NCBI GenBank assembly: GCA_017999075.1
Contig: JAGOBX010000001.1
Span: 1 to 27,270 of the forward strand
Direction of reading: 5' to 3'
Origin: Candidatus Babelota bacterium
Lineage (GTDB): Bacteria; JAGOBX01
Length of the DNA: 27,270 nt
Below, piece after piece: positions 24,205-27,270 of this stretch. Positions within the stretch are counted from its first letter, which is position 1, and each line of letters starts with the position of its first letter. Below the pieces are notes generated by a model. That model was not told the origin of the DNA and did not search any database. It saw nothing but the letters and a program-made list of their open reading frames with translations. The position numbers and the translations under genes were made by a program.

Positions 24205-26340
24205 ATGAAAAAAAATGTTTTGATAATAATAATAATCTTATCAGTATATGCTCCTTTGTTTGAATGTCTCGATCATTTTGGATTCGAAGATGCTTCAAGA
24301 TTTAATTCTCTAAAATTTTTTTTTAATGCTCCGGAAAAAATAATACGTTTTTTTTTCGGAGATCAAACCGGAGGATTAATGATTGACGGTGAAGCTTATT
24401 ACCGTCCATTAGGTTCTATTTTTTATTTTTTCAATTACAAATTTTTCGGGTTCAGTGCCCGTTCTCTTCACATTTCTTCTTTATTTATTTTTATATGTTC
24501 GGTTTTTTTACTTTATAACATTACCTATACTCTGATAAAATCAAAATCATCGGCATTTTTTGCCGTTATTACATTTATTTTATACCCTGCGCTAATTCCT
24601 TATTCGATTTTTTTTGCGGTTGACTCAATTCTGATGCTAAGTTTATTTTTTATATTGGCAGCTATATATTTATATCAAAAAAAGAAAAACATCTTATATA
24701 TTAATACGCTTGTGTTCTGCGCTTTTTTTTCTAAAGAAATCGCATACACTCTGCCTTTAATTTTAATATTTTATGAAATAATAGTAAACAATTCCCCTGT
24801 ATTTCATGCAATAAAAAAAAATATTCTAATGATTATAATTTCAACTGTTTTTTATATTTACAGAATTGTCATTTTTAACGGATTATATCATTATTCATCT
24901 TCAAAAATACTTTCAAAAAATTTTCTTTTAAAATTAAGCTGCAAAATAATTTTTCTTGTACAGTTGTATGATTCTTTTTTTATTTCAGCGGCAATAATAT
25001 TTTTGTTTGCTATATTTTTTATTAAAATCGGAAATTCAGTAAAACGGCAAAAAACAGTTATATTCATAATAATATGGGCAATACTCGGAATACTGCCTGA
25101 AATAAATCATTATATAAACAAAAAAGATTTTGATTCCTACAGAAGTATGTTTACTTTAACTGCGCCTTTTTCTATTCTTATTGCAGCAATGATCAATAAC
25201 ATATTCAGAATTTGTTTAAAAAATAAAACTATATTGTTTCTAATTTCATTTTTTTTTATTTTTATGTATTTTATAAATCTTAATATTATTGATGGATGGA
25301 AAGAATTATCAGAATACAGAAACGAATTGGCGTTAAAAGTTAAAAATATAATTTCAAATGATAATAAGAATAATATCATATTATTTTGCAGAAACATTAA
25401 TTCAAAAAAATTCCCTGAATCTGCCGCATTCCAAAGCACAACTTATATTATGGATATCATATACAATGATTTCGAATATTCAAACAAAAAATTCCATAAT
25501 AATTATATTTTTAATGTTAACGACATAAATGATTTCATAAAATCTGACAATTTTTCTGCTTATTATATAGACAAAGAGATAAAAAAAATCGAATTGCCTG
25601 AATTGCTCGAAATTTATTCAGATAAACATTCTTGTAAAATTATAAATAAACTTTTAGACGATAAAAATTTAACACTGCAGAATTCTGAAATATTAAGTTT
25701 TATGGGAGTCAATGATGAAGACGAAGATTTATTTAAAAACCATTATAACCCTGCCGCAGATAAATTGATAAAAGAAAACATATATTCTGAAAACAATTCT
25801 GCTGATTTTAAAAACCTGATTCATTTAACTGATTTTTTTCATTATAACGAATTTGATTCTAAATTCTGGGTTGACTTGATTCTCAACAAAAAATCCGCTC
25901 CTTCTCAAGAATTTATTTTGTCAACCATTCTGTATTATTCAATTTTTTATGAAATCGAATTATTTAATAAAAACCAATTAATTATGCTTGCTAACGATAA
26001 TTTTTATCATTCCAAAGAGTTGAAATTTTATATAAAATTAATACTATATAAAAATAAACTAATATCAGATTCGGTTTTTCAAAAATACATACCTGTTTTA
26101 TCAGATATCAAATCCGAAATTCACAAAAAAATGATTTTAAACTCGCTCATTTTAAATTCCGGAAGGTATAATTTTTTTAAATACGCATTTACAAATAAAT
26201 TTTTTATTTCAAATGCTGACAATTTAATTTTTTTTCTTCATTATAATATAAAAAAATTATTATATGATTCAGAGATCCTGGATAAAAACAGTTTTAATCA
26301 CGGGTTTGATTTCGTTGTTACAAACAAAAATTTTCAATGA
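24205..26340 (+). CDS. GT-C fold (ArnT/PMT/TMTC-like) membrane glycosyltransferase with large soluble C-terminal region
   Basis: Acidic loop after TM1 (FEDA), AYYRPLGS, FSKEIAYTLP, about 10 hydrophobic segments in the first ~360 aa, hydrophilic remainder. Confidence 0.6.
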   Translation: MKKNVLIIIIILSVYAPLFECLDHFGFEDASRFNSLKFFFNAPEKIIRFFFGDQTGGLMIDGEAYYRPLGSIFYFFNYKFFGFSARSLHISSLFIFICSVFLLYNITYTLIKSKSSAFFAVITFILYPALIPYSIFFAVDSILMLSLFFILAAIYLYQKKKNILYINTLVFCAFFSKEIAYTLPLILIFYEIIVNNSPVFHAIKKNILMIIISTVFYIYRIVIFNGLYHYSSSKILSKNFLLKLSCKIIFLVQLYDSFFISAAIIFLFAIFFIKIGNSVKRQKTVIFIIIWAILGILPEINHYINKKDFDSYRSMFTLTAPFSILIAAMINNIFRICLKNKTILFLISFFFIFMYFINLNIIDGWKELSEYRNELALKVKNIISNDNKNNIILFCRNINSKKFPESAAFQSTTYIMDIIYNDFEYSNKKFHNNYIFNVNDINDFIKSDNFSAYYIDKEIKKIELPELLEIYSDKHSCKIINKLLDDKNLTLQNSEILSFMGVNDEDEDLFKNHYNPAADKLIKENIYSENNSADFKNLIHLTDFFHYNEFDSKFWVDLILNKKSAPSQEFILSTILYYSIFYEIELFNKNQLIMLANDNFYHSKELKFYIKLILYKNKLISDSVFQKYIPVLSDIKSEIHKKMILNSLILNSGRYNFFKYAFTNKFFISNADNLIFFLHYNIKKLLYDSEILDKNSFNHGFDFVVTNKNFQ

Positions 26341-26386
26341 ATTTCATCAAAGAATCAAAAAATTTTTTTTATATATTAAAAAAATA

Positions 26387-26415
26387 TTGACTTTTTCACT
26401 ATTGTTGGTTATAAT
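26387..26415 (+). promoter_or_regulatory. Near-consensus sigma70 promoter
   Basis: TTGACT (26387-26392), 17-bp spacer, TATAAT (26410-26415); AAGGA RBS before the ATG at 26449. Confidence 0.7.
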
Positions 26416-26448
26416 ATAGCAACTGAACCTCAAAAGGAACAAGTTTAA

Positions 26449-26832
26449 ATGAAATTTAAAATAATATTTTTGTTAACAGTGTTGTTTATTCCTTTAATCA
26501 ATATTTCCGCAGAAGAGAATAAAGCTGTTAATGGCGTGTCAGCATTTTCTTCAAAATCAGATACATATTTTTCAAAAAATACATATTCTACAAATATTAA
26601 AAACCAGCAATTCAATCACAAAAAATCAAACAAACCTGCAGATTCAGTTTCAAGTTCAGCATCTGAAAATAAAAAAGAAATAAATGATGAGTTCAAAGAT
26701 ATAATAGACAAATTAAAGAAAATACATGATAAAAAAAACAATGATGCTAACGATTCAAAAGTGGCATATTTAGGTACAAAAGGTTCCGAAAACTCAAAAC
26801 AAAATTTTGATTTGCTGTTAATCTGGAAATAG
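26449..26832 (+). CDS. Small secreted hypothetical protein, 127 aa
   Basis: Signal peptide MKFKIIFLLTVLFIPLINISA|EE; S/N/K-rich low-complexity middle; own promoter and RBS. Confidence 0.65.
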   Translation: MKFKIIFLLTVLFIPLINISAEENKAVNGVSAFSSKSDTYFSKNTYSTNIKNQQFNHKKSNKPADSVSSSASENKKEINDEFKDIIDKLKKIHDKKNNDANDSKVAYLGTKGSENSKQNFDLLLIWK

Positions 26833-26840
26833 TTCTTATT

Positions 26841-27270
26841 ATGCACAAAACATGTAGGCGCTCTTACAAAAAAAAATATTATATAATTATCTGCCTCATA
26901 ACGACTATACTATCAGTCATAGTTTCCCGTTCTGAAACAGTTTCATTATTCAATGACCGTTTTTTCGATTTTTGGCTTTCTATTTTTAATAACAAAAATT
27001 CGACAGTATCTGAAAGTAAATTAAAACTTATTCCAAAAATTTTATTGATAAATCTCGACAGGTCATTTGCAGAAGAAATTAAAATATATCCTTTTCCAAG
27101 AAAATATTACGATTTAGCTTTAAAAGTATTAAAAGCTAAAAATCCCTTAGCCATAGGTCTCCCGTTAGTTTTTTCAGACAATGAAGACTGCAATAACAAT
27201 CTCACATTTATTGCTGATACCACTGTAGTCTTTGGCGCATTTTATTATAAGGACTTCGAAAAAATAATAG
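26841..27270 (+). CDS. CHASE2 domain-containing membrane sensor protein (3' end outside window; not in the ORF track)
   Basis: Manual translation is open from ATG 26841 to the window end: MHKTCRRSYKKKYYIIICLITTILSVIVS (TM)...FNDRFFDFWL...ILLINLDRSFAEEIKIYPFPRKYYDLALKVLKAKNPLAIGLPLVFSD, matching the CHASE2 pattern IVIVxID...WPWPR...A.AIG.D..F.E. Confidence 0.7.
   Translation, partial: MHKTCRRSYKKKYYIIICLITTILSVIVSRSETVSLFNDRFFDFWLSIFNNKNSTVSESKLKLIPKILLINLDRSFAEEIKIYPFPRKYYDLALKVLKAKNPLAIGLPLVFSDNEDCNNNLTFIADTTVVFGAFYYKDFEKII

Noticed and set aside
24316-24356. 9-T homopolymer runs in the GT-C gene as phase-variation tracts
   Set aside because: The ORF is intact, and poly-A/T runs of this length are common throughout the window, encoding Phe/Lys.
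376-26846. Short ORFs in the track that overlap long genes on the opposite strand or in another frame (e.g. 376-669, 2454-2738, 4112-4417, 4145-4546, 8058-8288, 13807-14205, 15149-15493, 19268-19612, 25137-25439, 26616-26846)
   Set aside because: They are shadows of well-supported genes with no recognisable motifs or RBS.

Overview
AT-rich bacterial chromosomal window, probably from an anaerobe (DUF362/ferredoxin protein, rubrerythrin domain). It is mostly housekeeping genes. On the + strand: a 5'-truncated DUF362-ferredoxin gene, rsmE, a carboxy(nor)spermidine dehydrogenase/decarboxylase pair, a YihY/BrkB-wHTH protein and a YfcE-type phosphoesterase. On the - strand: a 2008-aa secreted papain-like (C1A) protease with a duplicated Fn3/7xFG-GAP/Fn3 module, an HFS motif and a T9SS/FlgD-like C-terminal domain. 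Back on +: a calcineurin-like phosphoesterase-rubrerythrin fusion, ctpA, serS, a 126-aa unknown and rlmD, whose 3' end appears remodelled by an 83-bp MITE-like insert. Then a - strand block: a stand-alone gcvPB with its own promoter, a degenerate Na/Pi-cotransporter-family gene, an orphan lipoprotein SBP and a secreted GATase-like protein. The window ends on + with a GT-C glycosyltransferase, a small secreted protein and a 3'-truncated CHASE2 protein that the ORF track missed. No rRNA, tRNA, CRISPR array or transposase was seen. Best candidates for new biology are the phosphoesterase-rubrerythrin fusion, the giant modular protease (possible self-cleavage and T9SS-like sorting in a host that does not look like Bacteroidota), and the SBP plus degenerate Na/Pi-symporter pair. 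All family calls come from motif recognition by eye; no database search was run.
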